Below are positions 51,555 to 63,549 of a DNA stretch of 64,000 nucleotides, in pieces. The notes under the pieces were generated by a model. It saw only the letters and a program-made list of their open reading frames with translations. It did no database searches and was not told the DNA's origin. The stretch is taken from positions 198,664 through 262,663 of the forward strand of contig CAXXFK010000025.1 in assembly GCA_963663965.2 (NCBI GenBank), written 5' to 3'. Both the position numbers and the translations under genes were made by a program. The DNA is from Sedimentisphaerales bacterium (GTDB lineage Bacteria; Planctomycetota; Phycisphaerae; Sedimentisphaerales; SM23-30). Numbering within the stretch: position 1 is the stretch's first letter; every line of letters begins with the position of its first letter.

Positions 51555-51667
51555 GGTAACCTCAGCGAATATAAATACTCCGATTCACTCAAGGATTAGC
51601 CCAACCAGCCAATCCGACCAATCCCCGTGCGCACTAATCAGGCGTAATCCATTAATACGTCAGCCAT

Positions 51668-52162
51668 CTAGATATCCTGACCCTTGCTCTTTTCTTCAAT
51701 TTGGAATTTATAATCCGGGTGCCTCACGGTCAGTACCGGGCAGGGCGACTTGCGCACCACTTTTTCCGCAACACTGCCTAACAGAATCGATGCCAGCGCG
51801 CCATAACCGTGGGTGGACATTACAATCATATCGATATGATGATCGTTGGCATAACGAACGATCTCAAGAAACGGCTTGCCGTTGGTGACATGACGGATAG
51901 TTCGGTCTTTGAACTCTGGCAGATTCTGCTCAACAAAACTATCCATCTTTTTTCTGGCTGCCGTCAGCTGGTCCTGAACTGCCTCCGTCATTGTCATAAT
52001 GTCATCCTGGCCGGCGGTAAAATACTGATAGGTATCATCCACCACATGTAATACATGCACTGACGCATTGTAACGGCTGGCCAGATCCAGCGCGTAGGGC
52101 AAGGCCACCAGATGCCGTTCCGAAAAGTCTGAAGGATAGAGAATGTTCTTTATCTCATTCAT
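51668..52162 (-). CDS. Universal stress protein (UspA family)
   Basis: ILYPSDFS, HVLHVV, MIVMSTHG...LLGSVAEKVVRKSPCPVLTV. Confidence 0.93.
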   Translation of the reverse strand: MNEIKNILYPSDFSERHLVALPYALDLASRYNASVHVLHVVDDTYQYFTAGQDDIMTMTEAVQDQLTAARKKMDSFVEQNLPEFKDRTIRHVTNGKPFLEIVRYANDHHIDMIVMSTHGYGALASILLGSVAEKVVRKSPCPVLTVRHPDYKFQIEEKSKGQDI

Positions 52163-52320
52163 TATTAACCCCTTACGATTCATATAGTCATTATTTATAT
52201 AGCCATTTTCCTATCGCATGTCTCATTCTATTATAATTATTATTCGTGAACCGGGGACGGGCAAAAAAAAATCAAATTTTATAGTTGCAATGCCAAAATC
52301 AACGATATAAAATCCTGTGC

Positions 52321-52342
52321 AATACCTAACAAATACCTAACA
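52321..52342 (+). promoter_or_regulatory. Perfect 11-bp tandem direct repeat upstream of recA (candidate operator)
   Basis: AATACCTAACA x2, ending 24 bp before the recA ATG. Confidence 0.45.
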
Positions 52343-52366
52343 GCCTGTATAGTAAGGAGTGTTTTC

Positions 52367-53494
<1,128 letters not shown>

Positions 53495-53522
53495 TTTCAA
53501 TAGTACGATAACACACGATAAG

Positions 53523-53566
53523 CGGGAATGCCTCATGCCGAAGTAATGGGGCATTCCCGGTTTATT
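53523..53566 (+). terminator. Terminator after recA
   Basis: cgggaatgcctcat / atggggcattcccg stem + gtttatt. Confidence 0.6.
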
Positions 53567-53589
53567 GCTATGCCTCAAAGGAATAAGGC

Positions 53590-54462
53590 GTGACATTATT
53601 AACGGAAATCGAACTGTATTATCCCGACCTGCCCAATGGTCTGAATGGTTTGACGATTCTGCATATCGGCGACCTGCACAGCAGCGGTTGGGGCCGTTCG
53701 GAAAATATCCTCCAACAGATCCTGCGAATACCGGCTCCCAATCGAACCGAAGTCTGCGACCTCGTGGTGTTTTCGGGCGATATGTGTCATCAGATGCGGG
53801 TGGGGAATCCTTTTGTTGAAAAAAACAGTGAAGATCGCCCATTGCCAACCGGCTTGAGCCGTCATGGATTCGTTATGAAACCCAAATGGCGGGAATCATT
53901 AGCGGTCACGGATCGACTGCTAAAGGATTTTTCCTGCGCTATGGGAATATGCCTGGTCCAGGGCAATCACGATTGCCCGGAATTCATGGATGGTTTACAA
54001 TCCCGCCCCGTTCATGTGCTGGATAACCAAACCATTCAAATGAATACACCCGGCGGCGCCCGAATGAATATTATGGGATGCTGCGGTTATGGCCGTGCCG
54101 GAACCGATATTCCCGATACGGTTGCCGGAGCAGAACCGGGATTGTTCAGCCTGGTGATCACCCATTTCCCGGAATTCAGCGAACCGTTGGCGGCCTTTGG
54201 CGCCGACCTGATCCTGGCCGGACATACCCACGGCGGGCAGGTCTGCCTGCCGGGTCGAAAGGCGCTCAAAACCCACAGCCGGACGGGTTCGGAATTCGTG
54301 TCCGGCCTGACCCGCCTGGGTAACGGATACCAGTTTACCACGCGCGGGTTGGGAACCAGCATGCTGCCGATCCGGATTTGCTGTCCCCCGGAAGTGGCGC
54401 GATTCACATTAAGACAAGGTGATTATCGAGCCACTACAACACGGGAATCAAAAGTGGGTTAA
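53590..54462 (+). CDS. Calcineurin-like metallophosphoesterase (YkuE-like)
   Basis: GDLH, GD, GNHD, THFP, GHTHGGQ, TRGLG, CPPE. Confidence 0.88.
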   Translation: MTLLTEIELYYPDLPNGLNGLTILHIGDLHSSGWGRSENILQQILRIPAPNRTEVCDLVVFSGDMCHQMRVGNPFVEKNSEDRPLPTGLSRHGFVMKPKWRESLAVTDRLLKDFSCAMGICLVQGNHDCPEFMDGLQSRPVHVLDNQTIQMNTPGGARMNIMGCCGYGRAGTDIPDTVAGAEPGLFSLVITHFPEFSEPLAAFGADLILAGHTHGGQVCLPGRKALKTHSRTGSEFVSGLTRLGNGYQFTTRGLGTSMLPIRICCPPEVARFTLRQGDYRATTTRESKVG

Positions 54463-54517
54463 ATCCAATTCCTCCAGAATACAAAATTGTTGTATCGTTA
54501 TATTAGAAAATGTAGAT

Positions 54518-55939
54518 TTATAATGTCAATAGACTCTGGATACTGCTGGTCATGTTGCTGTTAAGCGTGTTAAAAATCGACGCGCCAATCTCCATCAGCA
54601 ATTGCAGGCGGGTATTATTGGCTGTTTCCAATGCGTAATCGAGGTTCTCGATCGATTCGATGGAACTCTGCAATGCCTCCTTGGTGTCATCCAGCGAATT
54701 GATGGTAGAATCGACAGTATAAGATTGAATAGCGCCTACCCGGCCCCGCGCGAACGAAACCTGACTGGACGCTTTGTCCAGAATACTCTGAGCGGTTGTG
54801 AAATTTCCGCTGGAAATATCATTGTCTCCACCCGATTTCAGACTGGCCAGATATCCCAGTTTGGCCGTGCCCAGGTTATTCGAATCCAAATCGGTCATGC
54901 CATACTCAATCGCATCGCCGGAACCCAGCCCCATACTTAAATTTGCGCCGCCTCCGCTCACCGTAAATGACGTTGTAACTACGGAGCCATATGCGCTGGC
55001 TACGACGGAAAAAGATCCGGATATACTACTGTTATTAAAGCTCACCTGGTAATTATCATCGATATCGAATGACTGACCATTAATCGTCACTCCCGGCGCC
55101 GTTCCGGTTGCGGTTTCGTTGGCGGTTCCGTTGCCAATAGACAGGAATTCCGAACCGCTGGTAATATTGATCGATACAGACTTATCCGAACCGGTTCCTG
55201 TTGTCGTGAAGACAACTTCACCATCCGTATTGGCTGCGGTCACCCCGGTTGTTCCCGATTGAGCAGTAACCGTTGCGGCCATGGCCGCGCGACCCGTCCC
55301 GGCCGCAAAGGTAAAATCATGGTTGCCATCCGGGCCGGTAACCGTCATCCGCACCTCGCCGGCGAGAACCGCATTGAAACCGTTCGTACTCAATGATGCT
55401 GCCCCGGCTTCGGACAGTTCCACATTCATGGTTATATCGCTGCCGTTCGAAGTCGTCGCCCGGTCGATCCTGACATCGGTTAAAACGCTGGAATTGATAC
55501 CGGATACCGAATAGCTCATAGAACCATCCAGTAATTTTGTGCCGTTGAAATTGGTGGTATTGATCAGCCGGTCGATCCCTTTAATCGCTTCATCGATATT
55601 GGCCTGATAAGCGGCTTTTTCTTCCGCTGTCGCGCCATCATCCGAAGCATTGATTAAATTGCTTTCAATCTCATCCAGCATGTCTGAAATTTCGCCCAGT
55701 GAACCGTCGGCCGTGCTGAAGATACTGTTCAGCCGTTGCGCGTTGGTATTCTTGGCGTCGATCTCAGCCATTTGCGAGCGCATGCTGGATAGCGCAATGA
55801 TGGCGGCAGGATTATCCGCTGCACTGTTGATCTTTTTACCGGTTGTCAACCGTTTATTCGAAAGGGCCAGTTGAGTACCCAGTTTCGTTAATTGGTTGGT
55901 GATCTGGTAAGAACTTGAACTGTAAATTGAAAATGCCAT
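54518..55939 (-). CDS. Flagellin-like protein
   Basis: RLTTGKKINSAADNPA, IDRLINTTNFNGTKLLDG, RGRVGAIQ, SIENLDYALE; RBS aggagg. Confidence 0.85.
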   Translation of the reverse strand: MAFSIYSSSSYQITNQLTKLGTQLALSNKRLTTGKKINSAADNPAAIIALSSMRSQMAEIDAKNTNAQRLNSIFSTADGSLGEISDMLDEIESNLINASDDGATAEEKAAYQANIDEAIKGIDRLINTTNFNGTKLLDGSMSYSVSGINSSVLTDVRIDRATTSNGSDITMNVELSEAGAASLSTNGFNAVLAGEVRMTVTGPDGNHDFTFAAGTGRAAMAATVTAQSGTTGVTAANTDGEVVFTTTGTGSDKSVSINITSGSEFLSIGNGTANETATGTAPGVTINGQSFDIDDNYQVSFNNSSISGSFSVVASAYGSVVTTSFTVSGGGANLSMGLGSGDAIEYGMTDLDSNNLGTAKLGYLASLKSGGDNDISSGNFTTAQSILDKASSQVSFARGRVGAIQSYTVDSTINSLDDTKEALQSSIESIENLDYALETANNTRLQLLMEIGASIFNTLNSNMTSSIQSLLTL

Positions 55940-56008
55940 CTCGGGAAACCTCCTGATTTAAGCGCCTGGCTGTCCGGTCCCTCTGCGCAGTACCGGCCCG
56001 TCCGACAT

Positions 56009-56046
56009 AAAAAAAGGCATTGCCGCAGCGTTATGCGACAATGCCT
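56009..56046 (-). terminator. Intrinsic terminator in the 5' leader of the flagellin-like gene
   Basis: Minus strand aggcattgtcgca-taacgc-tgcggcaatgcc-ttttttt, 70 nt before the ATG. Confidence 0.7.
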
Positions 56047-56683
56047 CTCAAGACGTCATCATTGGTTCCGGCCCGAATATGGGGTCCGGTTTGGCAGTCT
56101 GTTCAGACTGTCAGTATTTCTTTAGTTTTTATATTCTGGTTAGTAGAACTCTCCTGAAAAAGTTCCGGATTCAACAACAGTATCCAATTCAAATTAAAAT
56201 TAAAACCAGGACCTGGCAAACCGTCGGGCCACCCAAATCCCAAAATCATTCCGGTAAAGTTCCCAATAGTTCAAATCAAACCACTTTTAACGATTATACC
56301 GGGATAAAACCGGGCGTTCCGGCCAATCATCAACGATTTGATTAAAGTCACCTATTAACTTTAGTCATCAATAGAGGCGCAATTTTTGCGCAATTACAGT
56401 ATTTATCCGGGTTAACCCGGATATTTGCTGGTAAATATTAAAAAAACTCCAATCACATCCCGAATTTCTGGAGCGTTTTGTTTAGTAAAAATTATTTATT
56501 TCTAAATTTATTCTTTCGCCAAACAGCTACATATCTATCTGAAATTGATGATATTGCATCCTTTTGTCTTCAAGGCAATGGTATAAACATACGGTTTATG
56601 CAACATTTTTCGCTATTTACACCCGCCTTCATTTCGCCATTGGTTTTATAAACCGAGTTATGTCAACGCCCAATAACTTCTTA

Positions 56684-56698
56684 TGGCATGAATCTTGC
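56684..56698 (+). promoter_or_regulatory. sigma54 (-24/-12) promoter upstream of the polysaccharide operon
   Basis: TGGCATG-AATC-TTGC matches TGGCACG-N4-TTGC with correct GG-N10-GC spacing. Confidence 0.65.
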
Positions 56699-56806
56699 CT
56701 ATGATACCCATGACTGATAGTGCGCCATGGATGACGCCTAATATAAGGATCAGCATGAGGAACTCATGGATGAGTTTGACCAGAATACCAGTCACCCATT
56801 TTTTGA

Positions 56807-57334
56807 TTGCATATGGAGATATGCAAGCCAGCCGGGGTACGCCAACAGATCAGGAAAGGAGGTCGTGCGGAGATTCTCCGCACTGATTCAGGAATGGGTA
56901 TACAGCTTGGCATAATTAAAACCCTGCTATCAACCGGAGCGGCCAAATCCGCTGTGGTTGTCACGGGAATTGTCGTGGTTCAGGTTGCGGTGATTACAAC
57001 GGTTAAACTAAATACGGTGCAGCCGCAATATGCCACTGCCGATTCAACTTTTCAAACCAGTATGCCTGATAATACATTGTCTACCCAAATTCAATCCAAT
57101 CAATCCACCCCAACTATCACTACACCTGTTACCGGCACGATTACTTCCATAGACACTCAAACCCAACCCACAGAAACAACACCAACGACTACAGAAGGTA
57201 CCTCAATTGCTCAGGAAACAGACATTAATACCGACCAAACAACCGGTGAAATAACAACTTCTCCAATAGATTCTTTACTTAACGACATTCTCATTCCAGA
57301 GCGCCTGAGCATAAGAACACCTTATATACCATGA
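56807..57334 (+). CDS. Thr/Pro-rich membrane-anchored hypothetical protein
   Basis: Hydrophobic segment followed by a Thr-rich low-complexity region; 6 bp before wza. Start uncertain. Confidence 0.6.
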   Translation: MHMEICKPAGVRQQIRKGGRAEILRTDSGMGIQLGIIKTLLSTGAAKSAVVVTGIVVVQVAVITTVKLNTVQPQYATADSTFQTSMPDNTLSTQIQSNQSTPTITTPVTGTITSIDTQTQPTETTPTTTEGTSIAQETDINTDQTTGEITTSPIDSLLNDILIPERLSIRTPYIP

Positions 57335-57340
57335 AATTTA

Positions 57341-58492
57341 ATGTTATACCCCCAGAATAAACAGTCTATTTATCTGTCATGCCTGATTCTGATTATCAGC
57401 ATTGGCTGGATCGGTTGTGCCAGTAAGACACCAGTGGATCAGGGCGTATGGACTCCGCGCGTTCCGGAAGAAACCTACCGGCCGGAAATACAGGATCCTT
57501 CAACCTTTTCACATGCTGGTCCGATCCATCCCCAATTGGATATGGAACGCATGCTGAAACAGAAAATCCACATGGGTGTTTATCAGATCGTGACGGGCGA
57601 TGTGCTGGAATTACATATGCCGGGGGTCTTACGCACCCTGACAACCGACTATATCGACGCTCTGGGCCAGGTGGATAATTATGTATGCCGTGTCAACCCC
57701 AATGGCTCGATCCTGCTGCCCATTTTAGGCGAAATCAAGGCAGCTGGTTTGACCCTGGCCCAATTGGAACAGCGAATCGTTAATGGGTATTACCCTCAAT
57801 TTTTGATCAATCCCCCGGTGGTCGTCGCCGCTATCAAAGAAAACTTTACCAGCCATGTCTCTATTCTCGGTGCCGTGGAGAATCCCGGTGTTTATGAATG
57901 CAATAGCAACGAAATGTCGCTGGTCAGCCTGATCATGAAAGCCGGCGGTATAGTGGATGGCGGCGCGCGTTCCATTAAAATCGGTCGCGCCGGCGCCAAT
58001 GCCAATGGCGAATTAAAACTGGTTGACCAGTTCGTACTTCCGGTCAAAGGGCTGAATATTCCGTTTTCCGATGTTGCACTAAATGATGGCGATGTCATCG
58101 AGGTTGAGAAACTCAATCCGGAAGTCTTTACGGTAATCGGCCTGGTCAATCGCAGCGGATCTTTCCCGTATCCGCCTGGAGTCCGCTACAATCTGCTGCA
58201 AGCGCTGGCTTTTGCCGGCGGAGTGAACGACCTGGCTGCACCACGCTATGCCCGTATCTATCGCCAGACCCCGGATGGCAAAATTGTTTCGGCTTCATTC
58301 CGTTTGAAAGGATCCACCCCGCAGGACGGACCATCAGTGCAGGTCCAGCCGGGCGATGTGGTAGCGGTTGAACACGATTTCAGCACCCGAACCCGACTGT
58401 TACTGGCCCAGATATTCCGTCTGACTGCCGGTGTTAATGTTTATGCCACCTATAATCTCGACACCAAATTTGATGATGCGACAACAAGGTAA
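57341..58492 (+). CDS. Polysaccharide export lipoprotein (Wza-like, SLBB domains)
   Basis: Lipobox WIGC; YQIVTGDVL, RVNPNGSILLPILGEI.AAGLT, GAVENPG, ALAFAGG, PGDVV. Confidence 0.88.
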   Translation: MLYPQNKQSIYLSCLILIISIGWIGCASKTPVDQGVWTPRVPEETYRPEIQDPSTFSHAGPIHPQLDMERMLKQKIHMGVYQIVTGDVLELHMPGVLRTLTTDYIDALGQVDNYVCRVNPNGSILLPILGEIKAAGLTLAQLEQRIVNGYYPQFLINPPVVVAAIKENFTSHVSILGAVENPGVYECNSNEMSLVSLIMKAGGIVDGGARSIKIGRAGANANGELKLVDQFVLPVKGLNIPFSDVALNDGDVIEVEKLNPEVFTVIGLVNRSGSFPYPPGVRYNLLQALAFAGGVNDLAAPRYARIYRQTPDGKIVSASFRLKGSTPQDGPSVQVQPGDVVAVEHDFSTRTRLLLAQIFRLTAGVNVYATYNLDTKFDDATTR

Positions 58493-58507
58493 AATTGATG
58501 CGCCATT

Positions 58508-60881
58508 ATGAATGTTAACTATAGCCATTTGAGTAATAGTAGTCTCCGTCCAGTTGATTCCGCCCCGGGGAATCGGTTGTCAGAGACCTTGTCTCATCAG
58601 GGTGGCAGTCTCTGGCTGGTCCTGTGGGAACGGCGCCTGATCGTCATCGCAGCACTGCTGATCAGTGTGGTACTGGCAGTAGTCTATCTGATCCAGTCCA
58701 CGGCAATTTATTCCAGCGAAAGTCAGATCTACGTCGAACAAAAAGCACCCCGCGTTATCGCCGATGATGAAGGCTTGATGACCCAATCCAAGAATTACCT
58801 CAATACCCAATGCGAATTGCTGCACTCACCGGCTATTTTATCATCGGTTCTGGATGATCTTGATCCCGGTTCTGTCCACCTGTTCGATCAATTGCCTGAT
58901 CGAAATAGTATGATTAAAACCCTGCACGATTCGACTCACGTGACGGTGGATTCCAAAAGTGATATCATTCATGTTTCGGTCCGCTCGCCCTGGCCCGATG
59001 AAGCCACTCTCCTGACCAATAAGATTGTGGAGGCGTATATCCGCTATCACAGTCAGGAGAAGAAATCACAATCACAGGACATGATTGAAATCCTCAAACG
59101 GGAAAAGGAAACACTCGAACAACAACGCCAGGCCAACAGTGAAGCCATCCTGGCTTTTACTCGCACACATGGCAGTATAGCCATTGACAGTCGCGATGGA
59201 CGTGTCATCGATGTCCGCTTCGAACGCCTGTCCGAGGCCTTGACCGCAGCAGAACTTGATACCCTGCAAGCCCGCGCCGATTACGAATCACTCAACGCCA
59301 TCATGGATGATCCCTCCCGCATACAGGAACTGGTGGACAGCCATAAGGCCAGCGGTCAATATGGCAATTTTGATGCGTCCGAAACCCGTTTACACAATGA
59401 ATTAAATGATTTACACGGCCGGCTCGAAGTACTCAGCCAGGAAAGCACGGCCAGCCATCCCGCCGTTCAAGCTATCTGGGAACGTATCGCCCAGATCGAA
59501 CGGGAACTGGAGTCCATTCAGCACCGGTACGCTCAAGCCTGCCGTAATGCCGCGATAAATAAATGGGTCGCAGCCATGCGGCGGGAGGAGCAAATCCGGT
59601 CCGAATGGCGCAAGCAACAGGACCTGGCGGTCCAGAACGATGCACAAGCGGAAGAATACGCCCTGCTGCAGGGCGAACGGGACCGCATCTATAAAGCCGG
59701 AGATACGATCGATTCCCGTATCAAAGAATTGAACATGTCTGATGATACCGGCGGTTTAAATATCAAGATCCTCCAGCGTGGCCAGGTGCCCTCAGTGGCC
59801 TTCTGGCCCAATAAGCGAAAGGTAGTGTCCAATGCCATGCTGGTTGGATTGTTTCTGGGTGTCCTTCTGGCGCTCCTGCTGGACTGGCTCGACCATCGAG
59901 TGCGGGATGCTGGTGAAGTCGCCGCCCTGTTGGGTATCAGCGTACTGGGTTCGGTTCCGGCGGTCAGTTCAAAACAAAAAATTGGCTATAATGAAAATGT
60001 CCTGACCCGTCATGGCACCCTGGTGCACCAGAATCCCGGCAGCCGTATCGCCGAGGCATTTCGATCCATCCGGGCTGCGCTTTTCTATGGTCTGGGACTG
60101 GGCGCTTCCGGCAATAAATGGCCCGGCCGGACCATACTGGTTACATCTGCCGATCCAGGCGACGGCAAATCAACGGTTGTCAGTAATCTGGCCATTTCAC
60201 TGGCCCAAACCGGCCAGAAAGTGCTCGTTATCGACGCCGATCTGCGTAAGCCCGATCAATTCCGGATATTTAATATTTTTCGTGATAAAGATTTGGGTAG
60301 CGTTCTTACCGGTCGCTGTCAGGCAGTTGATGCGATTATGTCCGGCGTCCTTGATCAGGTTGATCTACTGCCGGCTTGCGCCATGCCGGAATGGCCCAAA
60401 GAATCACAATCCGCCAAACCAGGATTTCCGCCGGGTCCGGCCGAATTGCTCAGCAGTCCGGCGTTCGCCCTCATGCTCGAAGAGTTATCCGCTTGTTACG
60501 ATTGCATATTAATCGACTCGCCCCCGATGCTACCATGTCGCCGACGCCCTGATTCTGTCATCGTTATGCGATCATACCCTGCTGGTGGTGCGGAGCGGCA
60601 AGACAACCCGGCGCGCCATTCAGCAATCCCGGGATGGATTACTCAGTGTGGGCGCCGTTATTGTGGGCGCGATTGTCAACGGGATCGCCGACCACCGCAA
60701 GCGGTACGGTTATTCAGCCTATTACAACTATTACGGATCATCCCGGCAGGAATATCATCAACCGCTCCGTTCTGAAAGGATCAGCTCTTCCGTAGATCAT
60801 TTACAACAAACGATCGATCGTATCGAGGAATATCGTACGATGCAGGATCCGGGCAATCCCCGTGAAAGGGGACGACGATGA
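58508..60881 (+). CDS. Wzc-like polysaccharide co-polymerase / BY-kinase, +1 frameshift near 60536
   Basis: Two TMs, coiled coil, EAFRSIR, GDGKST, IDADLR, IDSPP; removing one base restores VADALILS...VVRSGK...YGYSAYYNYYG Tyr cluster. Confidence 0.85.
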
Positions 60882-63428
60882 AAGCACCGTATTCCCAGAG
60901 GGAGCCATCCGTTCCCATCAAAGACTCGCATCCCCTTGATACGGCAATAGAAATCCAGTTGGCGGCCTTAATTATTTTTTCTCCACTGGCCTTTGGAGTG
61001 GTCCATGCCTGGAGCCAATTGGTCATAGTAACCGTCAGTTCCTCCATTCTGGGTAGCCTGCTGATTAAAAGTATTCTGCACGGGCGCGACCGAGCTTTAG
61101 GATGTGGTGGGATTCCGGTTCCGCTCTGGTTAAGCCTGCCGGTTGTCGCGTGGGTGGGCTGGACGTTGTTGCAATCCCTTGCGCTGCCTGCCGAATGGAT
61201 TCGCTGGCTCTCGCCGGCAACAACTCAAATAAAACAATCCTTGGCCCTTCCGGACCAGACCGAAACGACCATGTCATTCAGCTTTTATCCCGGAGCGACC
61301 CGCAACAGTTTATGCGCCTTACTGGCGGTCGCCACTGTGTTTCTGGCCGTTCTGGACAGTATCCGCGAAGAACGCAGAATCCGGCGGATGCTCTGGACGA
61401 TTGCCTTTACCGCGGCGGGTATCGTTCTGCTGACGTTCACTCAGGATATTGCCGGCAATGGCAAAATCTACTGGACGTTTACCGGACATGGTTTTCATGA
61501 TCGGTCAGGTCCTTTTGTTAACCATAGCAATTTCTGTCAGTATATGAATCTTTCGCTGGGCGCGGTTCTGGGATTATTACTAATCGAACTGAATCGCCTG
61601 AACGGAACCAATCCATCTCGCCACACCGGGGATCTAGCCTTTTCGCGCGTCATCAGCCTGCTCAGTTCCTCTGCATCGGTCAAAGTCTGGTTTCTCATGA
61701 TGACAGCCATTCTCAGCGTAACGGTTGTGTTCCTTTCGCTCAGCCGGGGGGGAATGATCAGCCTCTTAACCGCCGGGGGCATAACCTGTCTGTTATTAGT
61801 CATCCGTAATGATCTCAGAAAACATGCCTCCATTATGGCCATCCTGAACTGCCTGATGCTGATCTGTATCGTTTATTTCGGCTTTGATGCCGTTTATGAC
61901 CGGTTAGCCAGCTTTGCCGACCGCGATACCTGGCAGGAACGCCTGTCCATGGTTGATAACAGCCTCAACCTTGTTCGCCAATTCAGCCTGGCCGGTACCG
62001 GTCTTGGAACTTTTTCAGTGGTATTTCCCATGGCCGACACAGGCAATAATCCCGCACGAGCCGCTCATCTTGAAAATGAATACATCCAGATGCTACTCGA
62101 GACCGGATCATTGGCATGATCTTTCTGGTGGCGCTGGCGGCCATTGTCCCTGCGGCACTGGCTCGCCTGTTTTGCCCCGCAACCAGCATCGATGCAAATC
62201 GCCGGGTATGGCCTGGGTTTTGGTTTGCTGGCGATCATGATCGGGAATTTTTTTGATTTCGGACAAAGATTACCTGGCAAACGCCTGTCTGACAGCCATT
62301 ATTTGCGGATTACTGATTACCTGGTTCGCCTGTACCAACCCCAACGTTCTCCATCCAGTACATTCGCCGCCAGCCGGATCGGCTGGACTGCCATCATGGC
62401 TCTGCTCACGTTACTCGCCGGTCCGGTCCTGGCCCGCTCGGTACGAACCTTCCAGGCTGAAACCATCTGGAATCAGGCGCTCGAATGGGAAAAAACCTGT
62501 AGCGCCAGCAATCCAGAACAGTGTGCGGATTGTTACCAGGCCATAGCCGCCAACGCTGATAAAGCCATCCGATTCGTACCGGATATGATTGAATATCGTT
62601 ATCAGCGCGAACTTAATCGTTGGCAGGCACTTCAGGCCAAGTGTCGAACCAGCGGTATTGGTCCGGATTTTTTGCCGGAACTTCACACTATGATCCATAA
62701 CCTTCAGGCCATGAACCCGTTGTGCCCGACCTGGGGTTTTAATCTGCTGCTGGCCGGTCAATTACAATGGTCCCTGGTTCCCGAATCACTCCGGGCGGGA
62801 GAACGTAATATTATGACCGCCGGCGCCCTGCTGCCTTGTCAGCCCGAAGCCTGCGCCGCAGTCGGCAGGATCTACCTCAGCCAGGGCGCGCTCGACCACG
62901 CCGTCAGCGCTTACAAGCGGTATATTATCCTGGGTGGCGCAACAGAGGGAGGTTTTTTCATCAATTCATCGACCGCCTGCGCCGGCCGGATCTGGCGGTG
63001 ATGGTTGCCGAAGAAAATCCACTCTGCCTTTATCAACTGTTATGTGATCTGGATACCAGGATCAATCCAGACGATCTGACTGAAAGTGAACAGGCCATTC
63101 TGTTTCGCTCACGCGTCTATGGCCGGAATTCTTTAAAACAGCAATGTGACGCTCCAGATATCTCGCCCTCAATGTTGGCGGCAATTGGCGGACACTTACT
63201 ATCGTCACGGTGAACTGGAAACAGGCGGCGGCCTATTACCGCAAAGCGATAGCCAAGCGGTATAACCAGCTCAACTGGCATCTGGGTCTGGCCCGTGCGC
63301 TGGCCGACATGAACCAGCTGGATGAAGCATTCCGGATCGCCCGAACCTGCATGAAAATGTGGCCCGATTCGAAACCGGCCCGATCACTGGCCGAAGAGTT
63401 GAACAACCGGTTAACGGCATTGCATTAA
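60878..63428 (+). CDS. O-antigen ligase-like membrane protein with C-terminal TPRs, split by several frameshifts
   Basis: PLAFG, GPFVNHSNF, SLSRGG, GTGLGTF, HLENEYIQ.LLETG; continuation ORFs 62144, 62253, 62836 and 63210 are TM/TPR-like. Confidence 0.7.
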
Positions 63429-63549
63429 AAAACCATCCGGCCTGAGCAAACTGGTTTTAAAAATGAAAACGGTGTCTGACACCGACAGGGACGGAGTGCG
63501 TCTGAAGCATTGTTGACAACCACGGTTTTTTCAAAGATCAAACGCTGAA

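Noticed and set aside
62117..63213. TGA stops as selenocysteine or recoding sites
   Set aside because: Coding continues in different frames, which indicates indels, not read-through.
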